DNA of 64,000 nucleotides from Pseudomonadota bacterium. GTDB lineage: Bacteria; Bdellovibrionota; Bdellovibrionia; Bdellovibrionales; Bdellovibrionaceae. Location of the stretch: the NCBI GenBank assembly GCA_041178425.1, contig JBEGVH010000026.1:1-64000 (forward strand), read 5' to 3'. This document shows positions 1 to 10,026 of the stretch, one piece after another. The notes below the pieces were generated by a model. It made no database searches, had not been told where the DNA came from, and was given only the letters and a program-made list of their open reading frames with translations. Each line of letters opens with the position of its first letter. Position 1 is the first letter of the stretch. The translations under genes were made by a program, and so were the position numbers.

Positions 1-101
1 TCTTCATTCCAAAAAATGATGTTGGTTACGATGAAGCGAAAATCACTGAGCTCTTCAAGCAATTGGGAGCGGCTGAAGTGAAGAAGGTGGCGGAGTACTA
101 A
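1..101 (+). CDS. actD: Alternative complex III subunit ActD (DUF3341), 3' end only
   Basis: Frame from nt 3 reads FIPKNDVGYDEAKITELFKQLGAAEVKKVAEY* (TAA 99-101), an ActD-like C-terminus, directly upstream of actE/actF. Confidence 0.7.
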   Translation, partial: FIPKNDVGYDEAKITELFKQLGAAEVKKVAEY

Positions 102-103
102 TC

Positions 104-667
104 ATGGTGATTAAATATTTTAACTTCAATAGTAAAATTGCAGTCCTCGGATGTTCCCTTGCTCTTGCTGCGTGTAGCGGCGGCAAGCAGCCCAACGTGG
201 AACTCATCCAAGACATGATGGAGTCTCCTGCTGTCAAGGCGCAGGAATATGACGAAGCCTCTCCTGCTCATCGCGGGATGAGAACTCCTCCTGAGCACAC
301 TGTACCGGTTGGCTTTAAGCCGTATCGCTTTGCTGCTGATTACGAAGGAGCAACAAGCAATGTTAATCCATTGGCGGGTGACTTCTCTCCAGAGATTCTC
401 ATTACTGGTCAAAAGTATTTCGATATTAACTGTGCCGTTTGTCATGGAGATAAAGGGGATGGAAAGAGCCTGGTTGCCGATAAAATGGCTCTCAAACCAC
501 CAACTTTGCATTCAGACAAAGTTAAAAATTGGAAAGATGGTCAGATTTACCACGTGATCCAGGTGGGTCAGGGGGTCATGGGGCCATACGCTGCTCATAT
601 TCCTAAAGAGGAATGGCGTTGGGCGGTGGTTCAGTACATTCGACATCTTCAAAAGGAGACTAAATAG
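104..667 (+). CDS. actE: Alternative complex III monoheme cytochrome c lipoprotein ActE
   Basis: Lipobox LAAC; DMMESPAVKAQE and MRTPPEHTVP motifs; CAVCH heme motif; between actD and actF. Confidence 0.85.
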   Translation: MVIKYFNFNSKIAVLGCSLALAACSGGKQPNVELIQDMMESPAVKAQEYDEASPAHRGMRTPPEHTVPVGFKPYRFAADYEGATSNVNPLAGDFSPEILITGQKYFDINCAVCHGDKGDGKSLVADKMALKPPTLHSDKVKNWKDGQIYHVIQVGQGVMGPYAAHIPKEEWRWAVVQYIRHLQKETK

Positions 668-669
668 TC

Positions 670-1869
670 ATGGCTTCTCATCATTCAGAACAATTGCATG
701 CGTCTAACTACAGTCCGAGTTCTGGGGCAAAGACGGCTGCGACCGTGGCTGCCGCGGTGGGAGCTCTTGCTTTTGCTGTTGGGGTTTTTAAATTCCAAGA
801 TAGAGCTTGGCCTGCGTTTTTGCTTGCCTTCTTTTACTTTACGGCTTTGGCATTGGGTGGTCTTTTCTTTTGTGCCATTCAGTCTGTGACTAATGCTGGT
901 TGGAGTGCTTCCATCCGAAGAATCGCGGAATCGCTGACTTCTTTTGTGCCATTTATTTTAGTCGGTGGTCTTATTTTAACATTTGGTCTTAAGCAGCTTT
1001 ATCCTTGGGCAGATGCCGAACAAATGGCAACGGATGCTCTTTTGCAGGCAAAGAAAGCTTATTTGAATGTTCCGTTCTTTTTGATTCGTATGTTTGGTTT
1101 TGGTTTATTGATGTGGTTGTTCCGCCAACAAATCGTTGGTCGCTCGCTCACTCAAGATAAGACCAAAGACGATAAGTTAACATTTGGTGCCATTCCTTGG
1201 AGCATTGCCTTTTTGTTAGTGTTCTCACTTGGATTCAGTTTGTTTAGCGTTGACCTGTTGATGGCTCTTTTACCTCACTGGTACAGCACTATCTGGGGCG
1301 TTTACTGTTTTGCAGGACTCATTCAGGCTTTCTTTGCATTTATGATTTTACTCACCTTTGCAATTAAGAAGTCTGGTGCTGTGAAGGGTTATATCACCAC
1401 TGAGCATTTTCACGATTTAGGAAAATTTCTCAAGGGCTTCACTGTGTTTTGGGCTTATATTGCGTTCAGCCAATACATGCTGATCTGGTATGCCAACATT
1501 CCTGAAGAAACGGAGTTTTTCTTACTAAGAGCACAAAACGGTTGGTTGGCGATCTCACTGGGCCTTTTGATTTTCCGTTTTATTGTTCCCTTCCTCATTC
1601 TCTTGCCTCGTGGTGCAAAGAGATCAGAAGGAACTCTCAAGGGTGTTTCTTGGTTGGTATTGGTTATGCAATTTGTTGATCTCTACTGGATTATTTATCC
1701 TAACTTTCATGAAAATCATGTGAGTTTTGGTCCTCTCGAAGCTTGTATTTTTGCTGGAGTGGCAGGCGTGTTCATGTTGAGCGTCTTTAAATTCTTTGCA
1801 AAAAATTCACCGGTGGCTGTGCAAGATCCTCGTATGCATGAGGCTCTTAATCACCACGTGACCTACTAA
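670..1869 (+). CDS. actF: Alternative complex III membrane subunit ActF
   Basis: Polytopic membrane protein with AGWS..IRRIAE, PHWYSTIWG, HDLGK, FWAYIAFSQYMLIWYANIPEET motifs. Confidence 0.9.
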   Translation: MASHHSEQLHASNYSPSSGAKTAATVAAAVGALAFAVGVFKFQDRAWPAFLLAFFYFTALALGGLFFCAIQSVTNAGWSASIRRIAESLTSFVPFILVGGLILTFGLKQLYPWADAEQMATDALLQAKKAYLNVPFFLIRMFGFGLLMWLFRQQIVGRSLTQDKTKDDKLTFGAIPWSIAFLLVFSLGFSLFSVDLLMALLPHWYSTIWGVYCFAGLIQAFFAFMILLTFAIKKSGAVKGYITTEHFHDLGKFLKGFTVFWAYIAFSQYMLIWYANIPEETEFFLLRAQNGWLAISLGLLIFRFIVPFLILLPRGAKRSEGTLKGVSWLVLVMQFVDLYWIIYPNFHENHVSFGPLEACIFAGVAGVFMLSVFKFFAKNSPVAVQDPRMHEALNHHVTY

Positions 1870-1918
1870 GCAGTTCTGTAATAGAGTGGCTTTTTAGAGA
1901 GAGCCGCAACGAAGAAGC

Positions 1919-1948
1919 AAGAGGGGCGACAATCATCGTCCCTTTTGT
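1919..1948 (+). terminator. Probable intrinsic terminator after actF
   Basis: Hairpin AGGGGCGA-caatca-TCGTCCCT followed by TTTG. Confidence 0.5.
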
Positions 1949-2001
1949 CGTATTAAGGGTTTGCTATTGGAAATAGTGGAAGGGTTAGTTGAGGGAATTC
2001 A

Positions 2002-3768
2002 ATGAAGAAGTTGATGTTTGATAGTCTCAGAATTGCTTTGGCCGAAGAAATTCACCAGGTGGTAGGCTCTCGCTGGCCCGATGCCGGCTTGACGTTAGAG
2101 TCCGTTTATCAACTTCTTGTTTTGCCACCCCAAAAAGAAATGGGTCATTTAGCTTGGGGAACCTTTCCGTTGGCAAAGGCCCTTAAAATGGCTCCTCCAA
2201 TGATTGCTCAGCAGGTAGCAGAAGCGTTGAAAGGTCGGTCTCAATCTCTTTTTCAACAAGTTTTGAATGTTGGGCCTTATGTGAACTTTTTCTTTTCTGG
2301 CGAAGTACTGACTCAGAAAATTGTGAATCCAGCCATTAGTGGAAGTGCATTTCAGCACAAGCTGTTCGATGGGGCTCCGCGAACAATGGTAGAGTTTTCT
2401 CAACCCAATACCCATAAAGAGTTGCACGTGGGGCATATGCGCAATGCGTGTTTAGGTGACTCTTTGGTCCGTCTCTTTCGTTATTCCGGATTCCCTGTGA
2501 TTAGCACCACGTTTCCAGGGGATGTAGGAACTCATGTCGCCAAGTGTTTGTGGTATTTAAAATTTCACAATCAGGAGTCTGTTCCCTCTAGCCATAAAGG
2601 AGAGTGGCTCGGTCGCATTTATTCAAAGGCTCATTTGCTTCTCGAAGACCATGCGGGAACACCTGAGGAGGTCAAGGATCGCAAGGCGCTGTCATTGATT
2701 TTAAAACAAATCGAGTCTAAATCGGGCGAGTTCTATGATCTTTGGCAGCAGACCCGTCAGTGGTCTGTGGACTTGATGAATGAGATTTATCACTGGTGTG
2801 GAATTCATTTTGATCAGTGGTATTGGGAAAGTGATGTTGATTCTGATTCGGTGAAAACGGTGAAGCAGTATTTTGCCGAAGGAAAATTAGTGGAGAGTGA
2901 AGGCGCTATTGGAATGGATCTGACTGATGAAAATCTTGGATTCTGCGTTCTTTTAAAGTCAGATGGAAATGGTCTTTACTCAACCAAAGATATCGAACTC
3001 GCTCGCCGAAAATTTCAAGACCATCATATCGAAAAAAGCGTTTACGTGGTTGATATGAGACAGGCTCTGCATTTCAAGCAGGTGTTTGCTTCGTTGAAGC
3101 GACTCGGTTTCGAATATGCTGATCAGTGTTTTCATTTGCAGTATAATTTTGTCGAGCTACCCGATGGCGCAATGAGTTCGCGCAAGGGCAACATTGTTCC
3201 TCTGACTCAGTTGGTGCAGCAAATGGAAAAGCACGTGAAAGAAAACTACCTTAACCGTTATGCGGGCGAATGGACTCAAGATGAAATCGATAGCACGGCC
3301 ACAACGGTGGCTCAAGGGGCCATCAAATACGGGATGCTCCGCATGGATCCAAACAAAAAAATTGTTTTTGATATGGCGGAATGGCTCAAGCTCGATGGTG
3401 AATCAGGGCCCTATATTCAGTATGCCTATGCTCGAATTCAGAGCATTTTGCGTAAATTTCATGATTCCTTTAACGAAGCTGCAACGGGTTCGCACCTCCA
3501 TCATGCCTCTGAGCTTCAACTTGCTATTCTGATAGGTCAATTGAACGCAGTGGTCACCCAAGCGGTTGAGGCTTATCGTCCGAATGTGCTTTGCAACTAC
3601 CTCTTTGATGTGGCTAAGCAATTTTCGCAGTTTTATCACGATTGTTCGATTGGCCACGCCGAAAATGAGGGGTTAAAGCGGGATCGCCTCCTTCTGGCGG
3701 CGGCAACAGCCAATGTCTTAAAGCAAGGTCTAGCTCTTTTGGGTATTCCTGTTCCAGAAAAAATGTAG
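2002..3768 (+). CDS. argS: Arginine--tRNA ligase
   Basis: VEFSQPNTHKELHVGHMRN (HIGH-type), MSSRKGN, GESGPYIQYAYARIQSIL, C-terminal LGIPVPEKM. Confidence 0.97.
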   Translation: MKKLMFDSLRIALAEEIHQVVGSRWPDAGLTLESVYQLLVLPPQKEMGHLAWGTFPLAKALKMAPPMIAQQVAEALKGRSQSLFQQVLNVGPYVNFFFSGEVLTQKIVNPAISGSAFQHKLFDGAPRTMVEFSQPNTHKELHVGHMRNACLGDSLVRLFRYSGFPVISTTFPGDVGTHVAKCLWYLKFHNQESVPSSHKGEWLGRIYSKAHLLLEDHAGTPEEVKDRKALSLILKQIESKSGEFYDLWQQTRQWSVDLMNEIYHWCGIHFDQWYWESDVDSDSVKTVKQYFAEGKLVESEGAIGMDLTDENLGFCVLLKSDGNGLYSTKDIELARRKFQDHHIEKSVYVVDMRQALHFKQVFASLKRLGFEYADQCFHLQYNFVELPDGAMSSRKGNIVPLTQLVQQMEKHVKENYLNRYAGEWTQDEIDSTATTVAQGAIKYGMLRMDPNKKIVFDMAEWLKLDGESGPYIQYAYARIQSILRKFHDSFNEAATGSHLHHASELQLAILIGQLNAVVTQAVEAYRPNVLCNYLFDVAKQFSQFYHDCSIGHAENEGLKRDRLLLAAATANVLKQGLALLGIPVPEKM

Positions 3769-3786
3769 AGGCCTTAAAAGCTTTGT

Positions 3787-3815
3787 TTGACGCTCATCCT
3801 CTTTGTCTTTAGGAT
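3787..3815 (+). promoter_or_regulatory. Putative sigma70 promoter of thrS-infC
   Basis: TTGACG (3787-3792), 17-bp spacer, TAGGAT (3810-3815); overlapped by inverted repeat TCATCCTCTT/AAGAGGATGA (3794-3826). Confidence 0.5.
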
Positions 3816-3883
3816 CAAGAGGATGACTTTATCACTTTTTTCTATGCAAAAATAATCACTTCAATGGTATTACCTTCAGCAAC

Positions 3884-5836
3884 ATGATTACTATTATTTT
3901 ACCGGACCAAAGCGCAAGAAGCTTCGATCATGAACCCTCAGCCCTTGAGGTGGCTCAGTCTATTGGGCCTCGATTGGCAAAAGACACCGTTGGTGCGCGC
4001 ATCAACGGATCTAAAGAAATCATCGATCTCAGAGCGCCCCTCAAAGACGGAACTCGCATTGAACTTATAACAATGAAGCAAGCAGAAGCTAATGATGTGA
4101 TCCGGCACTCGTGTGCTCATATCATGGCTCAAGCGGTTCAAGAATTATGGCCAGATGTGAAGGTTACAATCGGTCCTGTCATTGATAATGGGTTCTACTA
4201 CGACTTTGATTCTCCGCGCGCCTTCAAAGAAGAAGACTTTGCGGCTATTGAAGCAAAGATGACGGCGATTGTGCAAAAAGACATTCCTCTCCTGCGAGAA
4301 GAATGGCCAATCAACAAAGCCGTTGAAACCTTTGCAGGCATGCAAGAACGCTTTAAGGTAGAGCTGATTCAAGATCTTGAATCAAAAGGGGAGTCTAAGG
4401 TGAGTATTTATCACCAAGGCTCGTGGTTCGATTTGTGCCGTGGCCCTCACGTGCAAAGCACGGGGCAGATCAAGGCTTTTAAACTCCTCTCCGTGGCGGG
4501 GGCTTACTGGCGTGGAAACGAAAAAAACCCCATGCTTCAGCGAGTTTATGCAACGGCCTTTAGAGATAAAAAAGAACTCGATGAGTATCTGCATCAAATC
4601 GAAGAAGCTAAAAAGCGCGATCATCGAAAATTAGGCAAGGAGCTTGGGCTCTTTTACTTTTCTCAGTACTCTCCTGGCTCGCCATTTTTTAGCGGGCGTG
4701 GAGCAATGATTTACAATGAACTCGTTAAGTACATGCGTGAGCTTTACCACGAAGTCGGTTATCAAGAAGTCATTACTCCGCAAATTTTTGATGTCGAAAT
4801 GTATCGAACGTCTGGTCATTATCAGAACTACAAAGAAAACATGTATTTCACCGAAATTGACGAGCGAGAATTTTCGGTTAAGCCAATGAACTGTCCTGGG
4901 CATTGTGTGCTCTACGGAATGGAACGTCACTCTTATCGTGAGCTTCCGCTGCGTGTGGCTGATTTTGGTCGTTTGCATCGTTTTGAGCGTGCAGGCGCCA
5001 TTCATGGCCTTACTCGTGTGAGAACATTTTGTCAGGATGATGCCCATATTTTCTGTACCCTTGAACAGCTTCAGAGCGAAATCGAGGGTTTTGTGAGTTT
5101 GTTGAATCGAGTTTATAGTAAACTCGGAATGAAGGAATATCATATTTATTTATCCACTCGCCCAGAACAACGAATGGGCTCTGACGATATTTGGGACAAA
5201 GCTGAAAATGCGCTTCAAAAAGCTTTAGAAGCTCTTAAGTTGCCATTCACAATTAATCCAGGCGATGGTGCTTTTTATGGGCCGAAGCTTGATATTATGT
5301 TTGTCGATGCGATCAAAAGACCATGGCAATTGGGCACTATTCAGTGTGATTTCAATATGCCCAATAACTTCAAACTCACCTATGTGGGCGAAGACAACCA
5401 AGAACACACACCGGTTATGCTTCATCGGGCAATTCTGGGGTCCTTGGAGCGCTTTATTGGGGTTTATCTTGAGCACACGGCGGGACATCTTCCAACGTGG
5501 TTGAGTCCGCAGCAGATTTCTATTTTAAATGTGACTGATCGGGTGAATGGATTCTGTGAAGAGATCGAGAAAAAGTGGCACGCGCTTGGATTCCGAGTGG
5601 AGTTTGATCGCCGTAACGAAAAATTGAATTTTAAGATTCGTGAAGCTCAGATGCAAAAAGTTCCTTACATGGTGATCGTCGGCGATAAAGAGGCTGAGTC
5701 AGGTATGATTTCACTTCGACTTCGTAACGGGCAGACAGTAGCGAGCGTGAGTGTTGAAGAGTTTACGCAAAAAGTACAAAAAGAAATTAACAACAGGGAT
5801 CTCGTATCCCCATTTAACCAGGAGGCAAACCATTAG
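3884..5836 (+). CDS. thrS: Threonine--tRNA ligase
   Basis: TGS domain, RHSCAH, DLCRGPHV, RDHRKLG, KPMNCPGH, RVRTFCQDDAH, HRAILGSLERF. Confidence 0.98.
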   Translation: MITIILPDQSARSFDHEPSALEVAQSIGPRLAKDTVGARINGSKEIIDLRAPLKDGTRIELITMKQAEANDVIRHSCAHIMAQAVQELWPDVKVTIGPVIDNGFYYDFDSPRAFKEEDFAAIEAKMTAIVQKDIPLLREEWPINKAVETFAGMQERFKVELIQDLESKGESKVSIYHQGSWFDLCRGPHVQSTGQIKAFKLLSVAGAYWRGNEKNPMLQRVYATAFRDKKELDEYLHQIEEAKKRDHRKLGKELGLFYFSQYSPGSPFFSGRGAMIYNELVKYMRELYHEVGYQEVITPQIFDVEMYRTSGHYQNYKENMYFTEIDEREFSVKPMNCPGHCVLYGMERHSYRELPLRVADFGRLHRFERAGAIHGLTRVRTFCQDDAHIFCTLEQLQSEIEGFVSLLNRVYSKLGMKEYHIYLSTRPEQRMGSDDIWDKAENALQKALEALKLPFTINPGDGAFYGPKLDIMFVDAIKRPWQLGTIQCDFNMPNNFKLTYVGEDNQEHTPVMLHRAILGSLERFIGVYLEHTAGHLPTWLSPQQISILNVTDRVNGFCEEIEKKWHALGFRVEFDRRNEKLNFKIREAQMQKVPYMVIVGDKEAESGMISLRLRNGQTVASVSVEEFTQKVQKEINNRDLVSPFNQEANH

Positions 5837-6515
5837 CTTCAAGGGTCCACAAAGGGATTTTAAAGGTGGCGGTCCTAAAAAAGATCGCGGAGGCAAAGAT
5901 CAACTGAGAGTGAATCGTGAGATTCGCGCGCCTCAGGTGAGAGTGATTGACGATGAAGGCGGAATGGTCGGCGTGATGTCGGTTCCAGAAGCAATTCGTA
6001 TCGCTGAAGATAAGGGTCTTGATTTGATTGAGATCGCTCCAACAGCGACACCTCCAACTTGTAAGATCATGGATTACGGTAAATACAAATACGAGAACAA
6101 AAAGAAAGCGGCAGCGGCTCGTAAAAAACAAGTGATTGTCACTGTTAAAGAGCTTCAGCTTCGACCGCGCACAGATCAGCATGATCTTGACACAAAAATG
6201 AAGCATGCTCGTCGGTTTCTTTTAGAAGGCGACAAGGTAAAAGTAAACCTTCGCTTCATGGGTCGAGAGATGGCTCACCAAGAGCTTGGTGCAAGTCTCT
6301 TGAGTAAGTTCGTGCAGGGGCTTCAGGATGTTGCTCTTACGGAAGTGGCACCTAAGATGGAAGGAAAGCAAATGTTTCTTCTCTTGGCTCCAGATCCAGT
6401 AAAAGTAAAAGAATATTTGAAGCTTCATCCGAAGAAAGATGGCAAAGAATTGCCACCTCTTGATGCGGAAGATCTTAGTGAATCTCAAGAGTCCTTTGAG
6501 GTTGATGAGGATTAG
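5832..6515 (+). CDS. infC: Translation initiation factor IF-3 (probable ATT start)
   Basis: RVNREIRAPQVRVID, PPTCKIMDYGKYKYE, VKELQLRP motifs; GGAGG at 5821-5825 then in-frame ATT at 5832 overlapping the thrS stop. Confidence 0.95.
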   Translation: MSFKGPQRDFKGGGPKKDRGGKDQLRVNREIRAPQVRVIDDEGGMVGVMSVPEAIRIAEDKGLDLIEIAPTATPPTCKIMDYGKYKYENKKKAAAARKKQVIVTVKELQLRPRTDQHDLDTKMKHARRFLLEGDKVKVNLRFMGREMAHQELGASLLSKFVQGLQDVALTEVAPKMEGKQMFLLLAPDPVKVKEYLKLHPKKDGKELPPLDAEDLSESQESFEVDED

Positions 6516-6555
6516 TTTTGATGCTGCGAAAGTAGCTAAAATAAAATTGAGCATA

Positions 6556-6593
6556 ACAAAAGAAGGCTAGGGACCACCTAGCCTTTTTTGTTG
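6556..6593. terminator. Bidirectional intrinsic terminator after infC
   Basis: AACAAAAAGAAGGCTAGG-gacca-CCTAGCCTTTTTTGTT between convergent genes. Confidence 0.8.
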
Positions 6594-6624
6594 TTGAGGT
6601 TTGAGGACTCGAGGATCTATCGAA

Positions 6625-7119
6625 TCAATTTGGCTGGCAGCCGGTGTAAGAGCGGCCAAAATATTTATTTCCAGGATTAAATGCCCCAAAGACAAATGAT
6701 TCACCCCAATTTGCTCGTCCCCAGCCATTTACGGTTGCTTGGCATTGGTAGCCGCAGTAATTTTTCACTGTGCACTGACTCGCGCAATTGACCATCTCAC
6801 AGTGATCCTCTCCAGATCCACTACTATCACCCAAGGGATAATAAGTCCCTGTTTGCGTGCTTGATCCAAAGATTGAATATTCGGTGCAATCTGCATTACA
6901 GCAAATCACCCCGATCCAAGCGATTCCCAATTTGTTGACGTTCTTAATGAATCGTTGCCCTGTACAAAAGCCAGTCACATTCGAAGTGTCATAGCTAAAA
7001 TTTGAGCTCGTCCAACTGGTCAATGTCAAAAAGCCCGTGGTTGTACCGCTTAACGCCGTTGTTGTTGTTCCCGCAAAGGAAATGAGGCTCGCAAACAATG
7101 CGCTAACAACAGTTATCAT
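6625..7119 (-). CDS. Exported Cys/Thr/Gly-rich hypothetical protein
   Basis: AGGAGG RBS; short signal peptide; many cysteines; last gene of the minus-strand fibre cluster. Confidence 0.7.
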   Translation of the reverse strand: MITVVSALFASLISFAGTTTTALSGTTTGFLTLTSWTSSNFSYDTSNVTGFCTGQRFIKNVNKLGIAWIGVICCNADCTEYSIFGSSTQTGTYYPLGDSSGSGEDHCEMVNCASQCTVKNYCGYQCQATVNGWGRANWGESFVFGAFNPGNKYFGRSYTGCQPN

Positions 7120-7159
7120 TTAACCTCCTGTTTTAAATGGCCAAGCTATTTTCATTCTC

Positions 7160-7903
7160 TTACCAATTCAGCGTCAAGTTCCCAGACAGTGAGCCGTTGG
7201 CTGTCGCCTTGGGGCGAACAGTGACTGAGCAGGTGGCATTCGGAGCGAGAACTCCTGTGCAAGTCGAAGAAACCTGTTCAAAGTTGGTGGTGTTCGATAA
7301 ACTGACGCTCACCGAGGCTGTGTTTACATTCCCTACGTTTTGAAATGTGAATTGAACGTTTGAACCATAAGCTGGGTTGCCCGGGCCTGTCACATTCATG
7401 TTCGCGCCAGATCCGCTCGCGACAATCACGTTCAGGCAAGTTGTGTTAGCATAAGAGCCCGATAAAGTGCCGTTGTTGCACGTACGAAGCTCAGAAACCG
7501 ATGCGCACGTCGTGCTGGCGGAGGGGCTTGTCGTTGAGTAGGCGGTGTTAGAGCTGCCATGCGAAATGGCACCCCAAGGTGTGCTCGCACAGCCTGAAGT
7601 GCAGGATTGAGATTGATAGCTACCAGAGAGAGTTCCATTTGAATTGCAGGTTCTAGTTTCTGAATTGTTTGAACACAAAGAGGCCGGAGTTGTGCTGGAG
7701 TAGGCTGTCACCGATTCCCCTTCGGTGATCGTACCTCCCCAAGGGAGTGAGCATTTTGCTTTCGCGGTCATTAACAAATGATGAACAGGAAATAGTTGTG
7801 AAACCAAGAGTGGTTTTGTGGTTAAAGCTTCTTGGGCCTTTGCCGTCGACGCGAAAACAAGGGTGAACCAGAGTAGAAGTGTTCTCCAAAATATTCTCGG
7901 CAT
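7160..7903 (-). CDS. Exported protein with two Cys-rich repeats and a C-terminal Ig-like (ASH/choice-of-anchor-D-like) domain
   Basis: AAGGAG RBS before ATG 7903; signal peptide ending AKA; repeats C..PWG.I..G.S.TAYS.T.P...C...SE.RTCN.GTLSGSY...C; C-terminal FTFQNVG...CTGVLAPNATCSVTVRP. Confidence 0.75.
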   Translation of the reverse strand: MPRIFWRTLLLWFTLVFASTAKAQEALTTKPLLVSQLFPVHHLLMTAKAKCSLPWGGTITEGESVTAYSSTTPASLCSNNSETRTCNSNGTLSGSYQSQSCTSGCASTPWGAISHGSSNTAYSTTSPSASTTCASVSELRTCNNGTLSGSYANTTCLNVIVASGSGANMNVTGPGNPAYGSNVQFTFQNVGNVNTASVSVSLSNTTNFEQVSSTCTGVLAPNATCSVTVRPKATANGSLSGNLTLNW

Positions 7904-7923
7904 CGAACTCTCCTTAGTGCGAC

Positions 7924-9750
7924 TTACTGAAACCCAGAACCCCATGTGATATAGCATAGCCAATTGGCCCCGTTTTTCACAACGACTATTCCATACATGG
8001 TTTGTGTTCCACTGGTGGTTGCGGCATTAGCCGGTTTAAAGTAGCTCGATGTACAACCTCCAAAGGTATAAGTTCTTGAGGTCGTGTCTTGAACGATAAT
8101 AGTATAAGTGCCCCCATGCACCATGTTTTGCAGAGTGATTGTAGAGCCTCCGGGGGTGGCCACGAGGTGAGTATTGCTAGTAGACAGATCAACGGTGGCC
8201 GCAGCAACTGTTGTGGGTTCACTGACAATAGCACCTGCAACATTTAATCTCGAGGTGGGTGTTGTTGTTCCGATACCAACGTTTCCAGTGGTGGCGATTC
8301 TCATTTGCTCTGTATTATTCGTTCCAAAAACAAAATCAGCATTGGTCGTTCCCATCAATCGATTTGGTCCTGCATTTTCTAAACGGATGACCCTTGTTCC
8401 GTCAGCTTTTCTCAGCCAGATTGCGCCATAACCTGCATTGGCAGTCAAATAGATCTGACCAGTTCCATGTCCTTGGGCTGTTCCATCGATTTCTAAAAGG
8501 CTTTCACCTCCAACAAAGTGAAATTTATGGGCGGGCGATGTCGTCCCAATGCCTACGTTTCCTCCAGAATAGCTAATCGCCCCCGACGTTCCTTCGTTCC
8601 ATAATTTGGCGGAGCTGGGGAGTCGCACACCATCGATTGTGCCCGAGGTGATCGTGTTAGCGTCAAGGCCCGTAATGTTCGTGCAGGTGAGGGTATCTGT
8701 CAGCGAGGTCCAGGTGAGTGTTTGTGCGGCTGTGCATGCGCTATTTGGAAACTGCGATGAGCCGGTCGATGAGAGGAGATGACTCACGCCAAAATTAGTG
8801 GGTGCGTAGGCGGATCCATCCCAGCGTAAAATCTGTCCGCTGGAGGGTGCGGTAGCACTCACGGGTTGCCCATTGATTCGAGCAACGGTGGGGTTGGGGA
8901 GAGTGCCCGAGAGATCTCCGCCCACAGAGCCCGAGGAGGATCCGCTGCCGCCCCCTCCACTCGTCACGGTGGACCAAGAGAGTGTGCCCGAGCCATTGGT
9001 GGTGAGCACTTGCCCTGCGGTTCCGGCATTGGAGGGGAGGGTGAGCTGTAAATCGGAACCTAATGCCGTGGGTGCCGAGAGGGAAATTTTCTTGGTGCCA
9101 GAAGAGTCTTTCAGTTGAAGAGTGGCAATACCCGAGGATGAATAATACTTCGTCGAGCTTCCGCTCGCGGCAGCGAGGAGATCGTTAAAGGTCGCCAATG
9201 TGAACGGTGCCGCGGGGCCGTCTGTTAATCTGAGAACGCTCGCGCTCTGAACGCCGCCAACGTTAAAAGTATCAAGAGCATAGGGCGAGGGAGTGATCTC
9301 GACGGGGTCTAAATTTTGTAAACCCGAACCATCATTAAACGACACCTGTAAGTACAGCCGGTCGCCGGCGGCCTTACTATAGCCACCCTCACATTGTGCA
9401 AGGTTCGGAAACGTAAGAGTTGGGCTAAAGATTTTCTCTAAAGAAACCTGACTAGGATCCATGCGTTGCCCGTCGCCAGCAATTAAAGAAAAAGAACCAT
9501 CGCCAGACCGCATATCAACATTAAACTTTTCCGAATACAAAACGCAAGGACGGGAAAGATTCAACGGTCCACGCACACTCATTGTGAATTCAACGTTATT
9601 GGCGGTAAGCGGAGAATTTTGGGCATTGAATACACGCCCTTGGTAAGAAAAGCCAGCCGCCCAAAGAGCGTTTGTCGCTGTCCCAATCAGAACACCTAAA
9701 ATCAATAGAAATTGTTTTCCTCTGCGAGCGATGTGGTTCACAGCGATCAA
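7924..9750 (-). CDS. Bdellovibrio-type fibre/adhesin protein (MAT/YapH-like) without C-terminal S74 chaperone
   Basis: Signal peptide; FSYQGRV...CVLYSE N-domain; PSPYAL; LTLPSNAGTAGQVLTTNGSGTLSW; GGDLSGTLPNPTV; two GNVGIGTT.P fibre repeats. Start may be GTG 9741. Confidence 0.8.
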   Translation of the reverse strand: MIAVNHIARRGKQFLLILGVLIGTATNALWAAGFSYQGRVFNAQNSPLTANNVEFTMSVRGPLNLSRPCVLYSEKFNVDMRSGDGSFSLIAGDGQRMDPSQVSLEKIFSPTLTFPNLAQCEGGYSKAAGDRLYLQVSFNDGSGLQNLDPVEITPSPYALDTFNVGGVQSASVLRLTDGPAAPFTLATFNDLLAAASGSSTKYYSSSGIATLQLKDSSGTKKISLSAPTALGSDLQLTLPSNAGTAGQVLTTNGSGTLSWSTVTSGGGGSGSSSGSVGGDLSGTLPNPTVARINGQPVSATAPSSGQILRWDGSAYAPTNFGVSHLLSSTGSSQFPNSACTAAQTLTWTSLTDTLTCTNITGLDANTITSGTIDGVRLPSSAKLWNEGTSGAISYSGGNVGIGTTSPAHKFHFVGGESLLEIDGTAQGHGTGQIYLTANAGYGAIWLRKADGTRVIRLENAGPNRLMGTTNADFVFGTNNTEQMRIATTGNVGIGTTTPTSRLNVAGAIVSEPTTVAAATVDLSTSNTHLVATPGGSTITLQNMVHGGTYTIIVQDTTSRTYTFGGCTSSYFKPANAATTSGTQTMYGIVVVKNGANWLCYITWGSGFQ

Positions 9751-10026
9751 CCTCGTTTAAACGAGACTCTTCAGGAGTCTCTCTAAGATTCTCTTCGGTC
9801 TTTGGTCGTGCTGGCTTAACTTAAATTCAATGGAGTGTTGGTTTTTTTAAGTGGTAAGGGCGTTTTCTCTCACGGCTGCTCCATAGTGAGAAGATTCTCA
9901 GTCTCTTCGTTTATTTTATGTTTGGGAAGTATAGGTTTTGTTGATGGCTGAGTCTCAAAATTGAACATTGCTTATCGCGTGCACTGATTTTATCCTAAAG
10001 GGTGTGTCTAATTTCACGAGGAAACG

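Noticed and set aside
3794..3826. Hairpin upstream of thrS as a tRNA-Thr-mimic operator or T-box
   Set aside because: No 7-nt anticodon-like loop or T-box consensus, and it overlaps the predicted promoter; more likely a terminator or DNA site
5751..5831. ORF-track N-terminal extension of infC
   Set aside because: It lies inside thrS; the RBS and in-frame ATT at 5832 fit the known infC start better
7119..7160. Possible frameshift splitting one adhesin gene
   Set aside because: The downstream ORF has its own AGGAGG RBS and signal peptide
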